A stretch of DNA of 64,000 nucleotides from Candidatus Eiseniibacteriota bacterium. Lineage in GTDB: Bacteria; Eisenbacteria; RBG-16-71-46; JABDJR01. Position numbers and translations under genes: made by a program. Below the pieces are notes generated by a model. The model saw only the letters and a list, made by a program, of their open reading frames with translations. It had not been told where the DNA came from and did not search any database. The DNA lies in contig CAWANH010000028.1 in assembly GCA_963783375.1 (NCBI GenBank), forward strand, positions 544,001-608,000. The letters run 5' to 3'. Shown piece after piece: positions 31,702 to 41,100 of the stretch (position 1 is its first letter; every line of letters begins with the position of its first letter).

Positions 31702-32870
31702 GCCGCGAATTCACCTACGACCGGCCCGCCGCGGACGAAATCAAGTCCTTGGCCGAGATTCTATCCGATTCGTTCGCCGTCCCCCTCGAGTCGGCGATCC
31801 ACCGCATGGAGACCTTCGCCCCGGACGTCCCCCGGGTGATCCGGGCGGACGGACGCGTGGTGGGGGGGATGTGGCTGGTCGACATGGGGCAGTGGTTCGG
31901 CGGCCGTAGCGTCCCCATGACCGGGGTGGCAGCGGTAGGCGTCGCGCCCGAAGCCCGAGGCACCGGCGCGGCCCTGGCTCTCATGAAGTCGGCCATGAAG
32001 GAACTGCACGAGCGCGGGATCGCGCTCTCCGCCCTCTATCCGGCCACCCAGGCCCTCTACCGGAAGGCGGGCTACGAACAGGCGGGGGCGCGGTTCGGGC
32101 TGGAGATGGATCCCCGTCGGATTCACATCACCGACCGCTCGCTCCCCATGCGCCCCATGACCCCGGAAGATCGGGACGCGGTGCATGCGGCCCAATGCGA
32201 GTATGGACGGCAGTTCAACGGGCACCTGGACCGGGGCGACTACATATGGAGGCGCCTGGAGGTACCCACCGAGCGCCCACTCAAGGGGTACGTGGTGGAA
32301 GAGGCGGGTTCGATCGCCGGCTACCTCTTCCTCGGGCGGGAGAAGCTCCCATCCGGCTACAAGCTACACGTTGCCGATCAGGCCGCGATCACGCCCGGGG
32401 CGGGGCGTCGACTCCTCTGCTTCCTCAACGACCAGCGATCCCTGGCCCGCTCGGTCCGGATGTCCAGCGGTCCCGGGGACCCGCTCCTCGCCCTTCTCTC
32501 CGAGCAGCCCTACCAGCTCACCCTGGACGACTTCTGGCTCCTCCGGGTCGTCCACGTGCCCGCGGCGCTCGAAGCCCGGGGTTATGCGGAAGCGGTCCGG
32601 GGCGAGCTTCACATCGAGGTGCGGGACGAGGGACTTCCCGGAAACGCGGGGCGCTGGGTCCTCACGGTGGATGGCGGAGAGGGGCGTGTCCGCTCCGGGG
32701 GGGAGGGGCGTCTGCGCATGGACGTGCGGGGGCTGGCCTCCATCTATTCCGGCTATTTCTCCCCCGAGGGCGCGGCGGCGGCCGGGCTCCTGGAAGGGGA
32801 CCCCGGGGACCTCCGCCGGGCGGCGGGGTTCTTCGCCGGCCCCGCCCCCTGGATGCCGGACATGTTCTAG
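31698..32870 (+). CDS. Eis-like GNAT acetyltransferase with sterol-carrier C-domain
   Basis: QWFGGRSVPMTGVAAVGVAPEARGTG, LYP...LYRKAGY, RVVHVPAALEARGY, terminal MPDMF. Confidence 0.88.
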   Translation: MSREFTYDRPAADEIKSLAEILSDSFAVPLESAIHRMETFAPDVPRVIRADGRVVGGMWLVDMGQWFGGRSVPMTGVAAVGVAPEARGTGAALALMKSAMKELHERGIALSALYPATQALYRKAGYEQAGARFGLEMDPRRIHITDRSLPMRPMTPEDRDAVHAAQCEYGRQFNGHLDRGDYIWRRLEVPTERPLKGYVVEEAGSIAGYLFLGREKLPSGYKLHVADQAAITPGAGRRLLCFLNDQRSLARSVRMSSGPGDPLLALLSEQPYQLTLDDFWLLRVVHVPAALEARGYAEAVRGELHIEVRDEGLPGNAGRWVLTVDGGEGRVRSGGEGRLRMDVRGLASIYSGYFSPEGAAAAGLLEGDPGDLRRAAGFFAGPAPWMPDMF

Positions 32871-32916
32871 AAGCGGCCCCGAACCTCCCCGGGGGGGGAT
32901 CGGGGCCGGACGGCGC

Positions 32917-32965
32917 TTGACACGGGCCTTCGGCCGGCGCATAGTTTGCACGGACACCGAACAAA
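32917..32965 (+). promoter_or_regulatory. sigma70 promoter with overlapping putative ROK operator (site 1)
   Basis: TTGACA(32917)-N17-CATAGT(32940), then TTTGCACGG-ACA-CCGAACAAA at 32945-32965. Confidence 0.8.
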
Positions 32966-33042
32966 GGTCCGATCCACCTTGCGGCTTCACGACTTCCGGC
33001 CCTGTGGCCACAGATCGAGCCGACGCCATTCGGAGGCAGGGA

Positions 33043-34410
33043 ATGAGTCCCAGAAACCCGATTCTCCTCACCGCGACCCTGGCCCTGGCCGCCCTCACCA
33101 TCCTGGGCTGTGAACGGGACACCTCCGGCCTGAAACCGGTCCCGCCGGACACCGACCCGGTGGTCTTCGGGGACGCCTTCGGAAGCGGGGTCGACTTCCA
33201 GGCTTTCCTGGGCTCGAAGGTGGACGCGGTGTCCATCGACGGGGTGGAGAAGTACGAAGGCTCGGCATCGCTCAAGGTCACGGTGCCGGCTCCGGGGGCG
33301 GAGGCCGGCGGCTACGCGGGGGGCGCCTTCACCGCCGCCTACGCCCGGGACCTCTCCGGATACGACGCCCTCACCTTCTGGGCCAAGGCGAGCAAGTCCC
33401 TCACCCTCGACGTGGCCGGCCTCGGCAACGACAACACCGGCACCTCGAAGTACGAGGCGAGCCGGAGCGGGATCCACCTGGGCACCACATGGTCCCGGGT
33501 CATCATCCCCATTCCCCTCCCCGAGAAGCTGGACTACGAGCGCGGGCTCTTCTATTTCGCCGAGGGGCCCGAGGGGACCGCCGGCTCCACCGTGTGGTTC
33601 GACGCGGTGCGTTTCGAGAAGACCGGGCTCGTCTCCGACCCGCGGCCGGGCATCGCCCCCAAGATCGTGGGCGCTTTCGTGGGGGCCACGGTGACCCCGA
33701 GCGGAACCCGGACCACCTTCCTGGTGGATGGGACCGACCAGACCGTCGATCACTCCCCCGGGTACTTCACGTTCAGTTCCTCGAACGACACCGTGGCCAA
33801 GGTCATCGATGGAGTCATCCGGGCGGTGGGAACCGGGACCGCGGTCATCACCGGACGGCTGGGAACGGTGGAGGCGGGAGGGGCGGTCACCGTGCTCGTG
33901 ACCGCGGCCCCCACCACGCCCGCCCCGACCCCGACCCTCCCCGCCGGCGACGTCATCTCGCTCTTCAGCGACGCCTACACCGACGTCCCGGTGGACACCT
34001 GGTCGGCTCCCTGGGACCAGGCCGACGTGAGCGACTTCAGCATCTCGGGAAACCCGGTCAAGGCCTACACGAACCTGACCTACTGCGGGATCGAGTTCAC
34101 CTCCCAAACCATCGACGCCTCCGCGATGACCCACATCCACCTGGATGTCTGGATGCCCCAGGGGACGTCGTTCAAGGTCAAGCTGGTCGACTTCGGGGCG
34201 GACGGGGTCTACTCCGGCGGAGACGACCAGCAGCAGGAGCTCACGTTCAACGCCGGATCCTCCCCACCGCTTTCAATCGGGGTCTGGTCCGGCCTCGACA
34301 TCCCCTTGGCCGCCTACACCGCGCTCACCAGCCGGGGGCACCTGGCCCAGCTGATCCTCTCCAGCGATTCCAAGACGGTGTACGTGGACAACGTCTACCT
34401 CCACCGCTAG
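33043..34410 (+). CDS. lipoprotein with putative carbohydrate-binding beta-sandwich and Ig-like domains
   Basis: Lipobox ILGC, RDLSGYDALTFWAK, Ig-like SSSN..VA segment, PAPTP linker, VISLFSDAY...MTHIHLDVW...YVDNVY domain. No catalytic motif seen. Confidence 0.75.
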   Translation: MSPRNPILLTATLALAALTILGCERDTSGLKPVPPDTDPVVFGDAFGSGVDFQAFLGSKVDAVSIDGVEKYEGSASLKVTVPAPGAEAGGYAGGAFTAAYARDLSGYDALTFWAKASKSLTLDVAGLGNDNTGTSKYEASRSGIHLGTTWSRVIIPIPLPEKLDYERGLFYFAEGPEGTAGSTVWFDAVRFEKTGLVSDPRPGIAPKIVGAFVGATVTPSGTRTTFLVDGTDQTVDHSPGYFTFSSSNDTVAKVIDGVIRAVGTGTAVITGRLGTVEAGGAVTVLVTAAPTTPAPTPTLPAGDVISLFSDAYTDVPVDTWSAPWDQADVSDFSISGNPVKAYTNLTYCGIEFTSQTIDASAMTHIHLDVWMPQGTSFKVKLVDFGADGVYSGGDDQQQELTFNAGSSPPLSIGVWSGLDIPLAAYTALTSRGHLAQLILSSDSKTVYVDNVYLHR

Positions 34411-34454
34411 AGTGCCGGAGCTGTCCGAGGTCGAATGGTCGGGAGCCGTACTCG

Positions 34455-35708
34455 ATGAAGAAACAGATCACCGGGAAGCAGGGCATCAGGCACGCCGCCG
34501 CTCAACGGCCGCGCCCGCTGGCCGATTCCATCCTGAGGCTCATCTGGCGCCAGCGCCGGATCTCCCGCGCCGAGATCGCCCGCCGCAAGCGCCTCTCCCG
34601 CTCCACCGTCTCGGAGATCGTGGGGACCCTGCTCCCCACCGGCCTCGTCGATGAGATAGGGGCCGGCCCCTCCGGAGGCGGACGGCCGCCCATCGTGCTC
34701 GAGTTCCAGGACGACGCCTGCGTCATCCTCGGGGTGGAGATGGGGGCGGCTCACGTGATGGCCGTCCTCACCGATCTTCGCGGGCGGGTGCTGGAGTGCA
34801 AGGAGCGACCCCATCCGGTTCGGAGCGACCCCGAGGGAACGCGGGCGCTCATCGTCGAGCTCTGCGATGCCTGCCTGAGCGCGCGGCCGGGCACGGCCGG
34901 CCGGCTGGTGGGAATCGGGATCGCGGCGCCGAGCCCGGTCGACCCCGGCCGTCCCGACCACCTCTCCGAGATCGTGCTCCCCGACTGGCATGGTGAGAGC
35001 GGATTCACCGAACTCCTGGCCCGGTACGGGGTTCCGATCCTGATGGACAACGACGCCAACCTGGGCGCCCTGGCCGAGGGCTGGTGGGGGGCGGGAAGCG
35101 GGGCGGACGACTTCGCCTACGTCAAGATCGCCACCGGCGTCGGCTCCGGCCACGTCATCGGGGGCCGGATCTACCGGGGGGCCACCGGGGTGGCCGGCGA
35201 GATCGGGCACATGGCCATCGATCCCCACGGCGGACCCTGCATCTGCGGCCTCCGGGGATGTCTGGCCACCCTGGTCGGCGCCCCCGCCCTGGTGGCGCGT
35301 GCCCGCTCGCTGCTCGCCGAATACCCGGAGAGCATGCTTGCCGGCACCGGGGTCACCCTCGACACCATCGTGGCCACGGCCCTCAGCGGCGATCCGCTGG
35401 CGCTCCGATTGGTGCAGGAAACCGCGGAGTACCTCGGGATCGCGGTGGCCGGCCTCCTCAACCTCATGAACCCGTCCATGGTGATCTTCGGGGGAGAAGT
35501 GGCGAGGCTGGGGGAGCTCCTCCTGGAGCCCCTCCGCGAGACCATCCGCCGGCGCACCCTGGTCAGCTCGGTCGCCGCCGCCGAGGTGCGCATGAGCGCG
35601 CTCGGCCAGCAGGCCATCGCCATCGGCGCCGCCACCCTGGTTCTCGATGCGGCGCTGGCCGACCCGGGCCTCTTCCCGACCGCGGTCCCCCGCCGGGAGG
35701 CCGGATGA
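34455..35708 (+). CDS. ROK family transcriptional repressor (XylR/NagC-like)
   Basis: ISRAEIA...LSRSTVSEIV HTH, GGRPP, DNDAN, GEIGHM, CICG.RGCL. Confidence 0.95.
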   Translation: MKKQITGKQGIRHAAAQRPRPLADSILRLIWRQRRISRAEIARRKRLSRSTVSEIVGTLLPTGLVDEIGAGPSGGGRPPIVLEFQDDACVILGVEMGAAHVMAVLTDLRGRVLECKERPHPVRSDPEGTRALIVELCDACLSARPGTAGRLVGIGIAAPSPVDPGRPDHLSEIVLPDWHGESGFTELLARYGVPILMDNDANLGALAEGWWGAGSGADDFAYVKIATGVGSGHVIGGRIYRGATGVAGEIGHMAIDPHGGPCICGLRGCLATLVGAPALVARARSLLAEYPESMLAGTGVTLDTIVATALSGDPLALRLVQETAEYLGIAVAGLLNLMNPSMVIFGGEVARLGELLLEPLRETIRRRTLVSSVAAAEVRMSALGQQAIAIGAATLVLDAALADPGLFPTAVPRREAG

Positions 35709-36532
35709 GACCCCGGTTCCTACCCCGGTACTTCCGCGTCGAGATGGTGGTGGTGCTCCTCGCCTTCGCCGCCGGAGGCGCGAGCTGTGGGGAGAAGTCC
35801 GGCGGGTGGACCCTGATGTGGGAGGATGAGTTCGACGGTCCCGCGGGCCAGCCCCCGGATTCCTCGGCCTGGCGATACGACGTGGGCACGGACTGGGGCA
35901 ACGACCAGCTCGAGTACGATACCGCCCGGCCCGAGAACGTGTCGCTCGACGGCGACGGGCACCTGGCCATCGTCGCCCGCAAGGAACCCTACAACGGCGC
36001 CGACTACACCTCCGGGCGCATCAACACCTCGGGGTTCTTCGCCCAGGCGGAAGGGCGATTCGAGGCCCGGATCCGCCTCCCGCGGGGCCGGGGGCTCTGG
36101 CCCGCCTTCTGGCTCCTGGGAAATGACATCGGGACCGTCGGCTGGCCGGAGTGCGGCGAGATCGACATCATGGAGTATCGCGGGCAGGAGCCGGCGATCG
36201 TCCACGGAAGTCTCCACGGCCCCGGCTACTCCGGCGGGAGCGCCCTGACCTCCCGTTACACCCTGAGCGGCGAGACCTTCGACGCCGATTTCCACGTGTT
36301 CACGATCCAGTGGGAGCGGGACCGCATCAGCTGGTACGTGGACGGCGTGATCTACAAGGTCGTGGTCCCCAAGAACGTGCCGTCCGGGGGAAGCTGGGTG
36401 TTCGACCACCCCTTCTTCATCATCCTGGATCTCGCGGTCGGGGGGAACTTCGTGGGCCCCCCCGACGCCACCACCGTCTTCCCCCAGACCATGCTGGTCG
36501 ACTGGGTCCGGGTCTACCGGAGCGAGTCATGA
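35705..36532 (+). CDS. GH16 endo-beta-1,3-glucanase (laminarinase), probable lipoprotein
   Basis: WEDEF, WGN.QLEY, YTSGRI, WPAFW, GEIDIME, DWVRVY. Confidence 0.93.
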   Translation: MRPRFLPRYFRVEMVVVLLAFAAGGASCGEKSGGWTLMWEDEFDGPAGQPPDSSAWRYDVGTDWGNDQLEYDTARPENVSLDGDGHLAIVARKEPYNGADYTSGRINTSGFFAQAEGRFEARIRLPRGRGLWPAFWLLGNDIGTVGWPECGEIDIMEYRGQEPAIVHGSLHGPGYSGGSALTSRYTLSGETFDADFHVFTIQWERDRISWYVDGVIYKVVVPKNVPSGGSWVFDHPFFIILDLAVGGNFVGPPDATTVFPQTMLVDWVRVYRSES

Positions 36533-38202
36533 GCCGGCGCGCGCGAATCCCCGGAGTCGCGCGCATGGCCGTCATCCTTTCGGCCCTGGCCCTGTCCGCG
36601 TGCGTTCGCGACGTTCCTCGGGCGCCGGAGGGCGTGCTCGTCGTTTCCCAGGAGCAGCAGGCCTCCTGGGTCCGGAACTTCAACCCCCTCACCACCGCCA
36701 CCGCCGCCCGCTGGCCCACCCTGGCCGGGATCTACGAGCCGCTCCTCGTCTTCGACAGCGTCCGATCCGAGTACGTCCCTTGGTTGGCGGTGAAGACCGC
36801 GTGGCGGGACGGCAACACGGTGCTCCGGGTGACCACCCGGAACGGGGTGCGGTGGTCGGACGGCCAACCCTTCACCGCAAGGGATGTGGCCTTCACCTTC
36901 GATCTCCTCCGGCGGTTCCCGGCCCTGGATCGCCGCGGGGTGTGGGGGTTCATGGACGCGGTCGACGCCCCGAACGACAGCACCGTGGACTTCCGCTTCC
37001 AGCGGGTGTTCATCCCGGGCTTCGACGAGATCGCCGCTCAGCAGATCGTCCCCGAGCACGCCTGGAAAGACGTGGCCGACCCGGTCTCCTTCGCCAATGA
37101 GAACCCGGTGGCTACCGGCCCCTTCACCGAGGTCCGCGTCTTCCGGAACCAGGTCTACGAGCTGGGACGGAACCCCCACTACTGGAAGCCCGGCCTACCG
37201 AAGGTCGAAGCCCTCCGATTCCCCGCCTATCCCTCCAACGACCGCGCCAACCTCGCGCTGGTTTTCGACGAGGTGGACTGGGCGGGAAACTTCATCCCGG
37301 CGGTGGATCGCGTGTTCGTCGGACGCGATCCCGCGAACCACCACTACTGGTTCCCCCTCACCGGGAGCACGATCTTCCTCTACGCCAACACCACCCGCCA
37401 CCCCTTCGACGACGCGCGGGTGCGGAAGGCGCTCAGCATGGCCATCGATCGCGATCTCCTGGTGGACGTGGCCCTCTACCGCTATTCCCGTCCCGCCGAC
37501 GCCACCGGCCTGAGCGACGCCTACGGCTCGTGGCGGGACTCCACCGCGGTGACCGAGGGCGATTGGGTCCACCACGATGTCGCCCGCGCCAACGCCCTGC
37601 TCGACGAGGCCGGCTACCCCCTGGGAGCCGACGGCATCCGGCGACTTCCCGACGGATCGCCGTGGCGATACGACGTCCTCACCGTATCGGGCTGGTCCGA
37701 TTGGGTGCGGGCGTCCCAGGTGATCGCCCGGGGGCTCGGCGACGTCGGGATCGAGGCCTCGGTCAAGACCTACGACTTCAGCGCCTGGTTCCAGCGGGTC
37801 CAGGAGGGAGACTTCGATCTCAGCCTGGGTTGGTCCTTCGAGGGCCCCACCCCCTACCAGTTCTATCGGTGGCTGATGTCGTCGGAGACGGTGAAGCCCC
37901 AGGGGGAGGCCTCGATGGGGAACTGGCACCGGTACGGGAGCGCCGCCGCGGACACCGCCCTGGCTGCGTTCGAGCGCGAGGCCGACCCGGCCGGCCAGCG
38001 CCGCCTGGGGGACAAGCTCCAGCGGATCTTCGTGGACCAGGCCCCGGCCATCCCCCTCTATCCGAACCCCTCCTGGGCGGAGTACAACACGAGCCGGTTC
38101 GAGGGTTTCCCGTCGGAGTCGAATCCCTACGCGGATCCCTCGCCCAACAAGTTCGACCGCGGGGAGACCCTCCTCGTGCTGACGACCCTCACCCCCAGAT
38201 AG
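36529..38202 (+). CDS. ABC transporter substrate-binding lipoprotein (family 5, probably oligosaccharide)
   Basis: Lipobox LSAC, RNFNP, IYEPL, WSDGQPFTARDV, ATGPF, VRKALSMAIDR. Confidence 0.9.
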   Translation: MSRRARIPGVARMAVILSALALSACVRDVPRAPEGVLVVSQEQQASWVRNFNPLTTATAARWPTLAGIYEPLLVFDSVRSEYVPWLAVKTAWRDGNTVLRVTTRNGVRWSDGQPFTARDVAFTFDLLRRFPALDRRGVWGFMDAVDAPNDSTVDFRFQRVFIPGFDEIAAQQIVPEHAWKDVADPVSFANENPVATGPFTEVRVFRNQVYELGRNPHYWKPGLPKVEALRFPAYPSNDRANLALVFDEVDWAGNFIPAVDRVFVGRDPANHHYWFPLTGSTIFLYANTTRHPFDDARVRKALSMAIDRDLLVDVALYRYSRPADATGLSDAYGSWRDSTAVTEGDWVHHDVARANALLDEAGYPLGADGIRRLPDGSPWRYDVLTVSGWSDWVRASQVIARGLGDVGIEASVKTYDFSAWFQRVQEGDFDLSLGWSFEGPTPYQFYRWLMSSETVKPQGEASMGNWHRYGSAAADTALAAFEREADPAGQRRLGDKLQRIFVDQAPAIPLYPNPSWAEYNTSRFEGFPSESNPYADPSPNKFDRGETLLVLTTLTPR

Positions 38203-38211
38203 GAGACGGGC

Positions 38212-39195
38212 ATGCGCTACATCCTGCGTCGACTCGGCTTCTATCTCCTGGCCGCCTGGGCCGCGGTGACCCTCAACTTCTTCCTGCCCCGGCTCATGCC
38301 CGGCGACCCGGCCACCGCGCTCTTCGCCCGGTTTCGGGGCCGCATGAGCCCGGAGGCCCTCGAGGCCCTCCGCCAGACCTTCGGACTCACCCGGGCCCCG
38401 CTCCTCGAGCAGTACGCCACCTACCTGGCCCACGTGTTCCGCGGCGACTTCGGCGTCTCGGTGGCGTACTTCCCTTCCCCGGTCTCCGACGTGATCGGGA
38501 CGGGGCTCGTCTGGACCCTCTTCCTGGCCGGGACCGCGGTGCTGATCAGCTTCTGCATCGGCACCCTGCTCGGGGTGGTGTCGGCCTGGTGGCGCCACGG
38601 CTGGCTCGACGCCTGGCTTCCCACCAGCCTGGCCTTCCTGGGCGCCTTCCCCTACTTCTGGCTGGCCATGGTGGCGCTCTATGTTCTCGGGTTCACCCTG
38701 GGCTGGTTTCCGCTGGGCCACGCCTACGGGGACGATCTCACCCCCGCCTTCTCCGCCGTCTTCATCGCCGATGTCGTCCGCCACGCCGCCCTCCCGGTGG
38801 CCACGGTGGTGCTGGCCACCCTTGCCGGGTGGCTCCTCTCCATGCGAAACACCATGATCGCGGTCCTGGGATCGGACTACGTGAACCTGGCCCGGGCCAA
38901 GGGGCTTCGGCCGGCGCGGGTGGTCCTCCGCTATTCGGCCCGGAACGCTCTCCTCCCCAGCGTGACCGGCTTCGGCATGGCCCTGGGATTCGTCCTGGGC
39001 GGTTCGCTCCTGACCGAGATCGTCTTCTCCTACCCCGGGGAGGGCTACCTCCTGGTCCAGGCGGTCCGGAACCAGGACTATCCGCTCATGCAGGGGATCT
39101 TCCTGTTCATCACCCTCGCCGTGCTCGGCGCGAACTGGCTGGTGGACCTCGTCTACCTCTGGCTCGACCCGCGCACCCGGGACTCGGCGTCATGA
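38212..39195 (+). CDS. ABC permease (OppB/DppB type)
   Basis: MPGDP, DYVNLARAKGL, EIVFSYPG, DPR. Confidence 0.93.
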   Translation: MRYILRRLGFYLLAAWAAVTLNFFLPRLMPGDPATALFARFRGRMSPEALEALRQTFGLTRAPLLEQYATYLAHVFRGDFGVSVAYFPSPVSDVIGTGLVWTLFLAGTAVLISFCIGTLLGVVSAWWRHGWLDAWLPTSLAFLGAFPYFWLAMVALYVLGFTLGWFPLGHAYGDDLTPAFSAVFIADVVRHAALPVATVVLATLAGWLLSMRNTMIAVLGSDYVNLARAKGLRPARVVLRYSARNALLPSVTGFGMALGFVLGGSLLTEIVFSYPGEGYLLVQAVRNQDYPLMQGIFLFITLAVLGANWLVDLVYLWLDPRTRDSAS

Positions 39196-40130
39196 GCGGG
39201 GCGGCTTCCTCCCGGGCCTCCGGCTTCGCGGTCTGGAGGGACGCGGTCCTCCGCGATCGCAAGGCCACCGTGGGGGCGGTCATCGTCGGCGTGTTCCTCC
39301 TGATCGGCGTGGTAGGGCCGTGGGTGGTCGGTGATCCCAACGCCCTGGTGGGCATCCCCCTCCAACCGCCTTCGGTCCAGCACTGGCTGGGAACCACCGG
39401 CCAGGGCCAGGACGTCCTGGCCCAGCTGGTGGTCGGGACCCGAACCTCCCTCGCCGTCGGGTTCGGGGTCGGTCTGACCGTGGTGCTGGTGGGGGCCCTG
39501 GTGGGGGTCACCGCCGGCTATCTCGGCGGTCGCGCCGACGGCCTCCTCTCCCTCCTCTTCAACGTCTTTCTGGTCATCCCCGGACTCCCCCTGGCCATCG
39601 TGATCGCGGCCTACCTGCCGTCCGGTCCGCTCACCCTGGGGTTCGTGCTGGTGGTCACGGGATGGGCCTGGAACGCCCGCGTGCTCCGCGCCCAGACTCT
39701 GGCCCAGAGACGGCGCGACTTCGTGGCCGCGGCGGTGGTGGCCGGGGAGACCAACTTCCGCATCGTCACCCGTGAGATCCTCCCCACCATGACCTCGCTC
39801 CTGGTGGCGCAGGTGATCGGCAGCACGGTCTACGCGATCGGAGCCCAGGTGGGGCTCGAGTTCCTGGGGCTGGGGGACGTCTCCGCCGTGACCTGGGGCA
39901 CCAACCTCTACTGGGCCCAGAACGACTCCGCGCTCCTCACCGGGGCGTGGTGGACCTTCGCTCCCACCGGCCTCGCGGTGGCCCTGGTGGGGTTCGGGCT
40001 GACCATGCTCAACTTCGGCTTCGACGAGATCACCAACCCCCGGCTCCAGATGGAACGGGCGTGGCGCGCCTACCTGGCGCGCCGCGGCCGGAAGCCCACC
40101 CGCTCGACTCCGGTGGTGGACCATGGCTGA
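39192..40130 (+). CDS. ABC permease (OppC/DppC type)
   Basis: HWLGTT..GQD, FLGLG, EAA-like loop, NPRL. Confidence 0.92.
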   Translation: MSGAASSRASGFAVWRDAVLRDRKATVGAVIVGVFLLIGVVGPWVVGDPNALVGIPLQPPSVQHWLGTTGQGQDVLAQLVVGTRTSLAVGFGVGLTVVLVGALVGVTAGYLGGRADGLLSLLFNVFLVIPGLPLAIVIAAYLPSGPLTLGFVLVVTGWAWNARVLRAQTLAQRRRDFVAAAVVAGETNFRIVTREILPTMTSLLVAQVIGSTVYAIGAQVGLEFLGLGDVSAVTWGTNLYWAQNDSALLTGAWWTFAPTGLAVALVGFGLTMLNFGFDEITNPRLQMERAWRAYLARRGRKPTRSTPVVDHG

Positions 40131-41082
40131 TCCGCTGCTTTCGATCCGGGACTTCTCCGTCGACTACATCACCGACGCCGGACCGGTGCGCGCGGTGGAC
40201 CGGGTGTCGCTGGAGGTGGGGCGCGGGGAGATCCTCGGGATCGCCGGGGAGTCGGGGAGCGGCAAGTCGACCCTGGCCCAGGCGCTGCTCCGCATCCTGC
40301 CCCCGCCTGCGGTCATCTCCGGCGGGGAGGTGCGGTTCGATGGGCGGGACGTCCTGACCCTCACCGAGAGCGAACTCAGGGAACTGCGCTGGAAACGGAT
40401 CTCCATGGTGTTCCAGAGCGCCATGGATTCCCTCAACCCCGTCATCACCGTGGGCGAGCAGATCGAGGACACCCTGTTCGCCCACGGGGTCACCTCACAC
40501 CGCGAGGCCCGGGACCGGGCGGAGACGCTCCTCGAGATGGTGGGGATTCCCGGCGACCGCCTAGGGTCCTACGCGCACCAGCTCTCGGGGGGTATGCGGC
40601 AGCGGGTGGGAATCGCCATCGCCCTGGCCCTCGAACCCGACCTGGTCATCCTGGACGAGCCGACCACCGCCCTCGACGTGATCGTGGAGCGGGAGATCCT
40701 CCAGCGGATCCGCACCCTGCAACGGGAGCTGGGCTTCGCGGTGCTCTTCATCACCCACGATCTGGGGCGCATGCTGCAGTTCTCGAACCGGGTGGCGGTC
40801 TTCTACGCCGCCCGGCTGGTGGAAACCGGCCCGGCCGCGGCGCTCACCCGGACTCCGCGGCATCCCTACACCCAGGGACTCCTCCGGGCGTTCCCCTCGG
40901 CGCACGGGGCGGCCCGGGAGCTGGCCAGCATCCCCGGCTCGCCTCCGAGCCTCCTGGACCCGCCTCCGGGCTGCCGGTTCCACCCCCGCTGTCCGTTGGC
41001 GGTGGACCGCTGCCGCGTCGAGGAGCCGGAGCTCCGGCCGCTCGGCGCGGACCAGTCCGCCGCCTGTCACCTGGCCGAATAG
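40123..41082 (+). CDS. ABC ATP-binding subunit (OppD type)
   Basis: GESGSGKS, LSGGMRQR, DEPT, HPYT, C.FHPRC. Confidence 0.95.
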   Translation: MADPLLSIRDFSVDYITDAGPVRAVDRVSLEVGRGEILGIAGESGSGKSTLAQALLRILPPPAVISGGEVRFDGRDVLTLTESELRELRWKRISMVFQSAMDSLNPVITVGEQIEDTLFAHGVTSHREARDRAETLLEMVGIPGDRLGSYAHQLSGGMRQRVGIAIALALEPDLVILDEPTTALDVIVEREILQRIRTLQRELGFAVLFITHDLGRMLQFSNRVAVFYAARLVETGPAAALTRTPRHPYTQGLLRAFPSAHGAARELASIPGSPPSLLDPPPGCRFHPRCPLAVDRCRVEEPELRPLGADQSAACHLAE

Positions 41083-41100
41083 GCCCCACCCTTCCCGGCC

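Noticed and set aside
31698-32870. Aminoglycoside resistance determinant
   Set aside because: Eis-like GNATs are widespread, there is no mobile context, and the substrate cannot be inferred.
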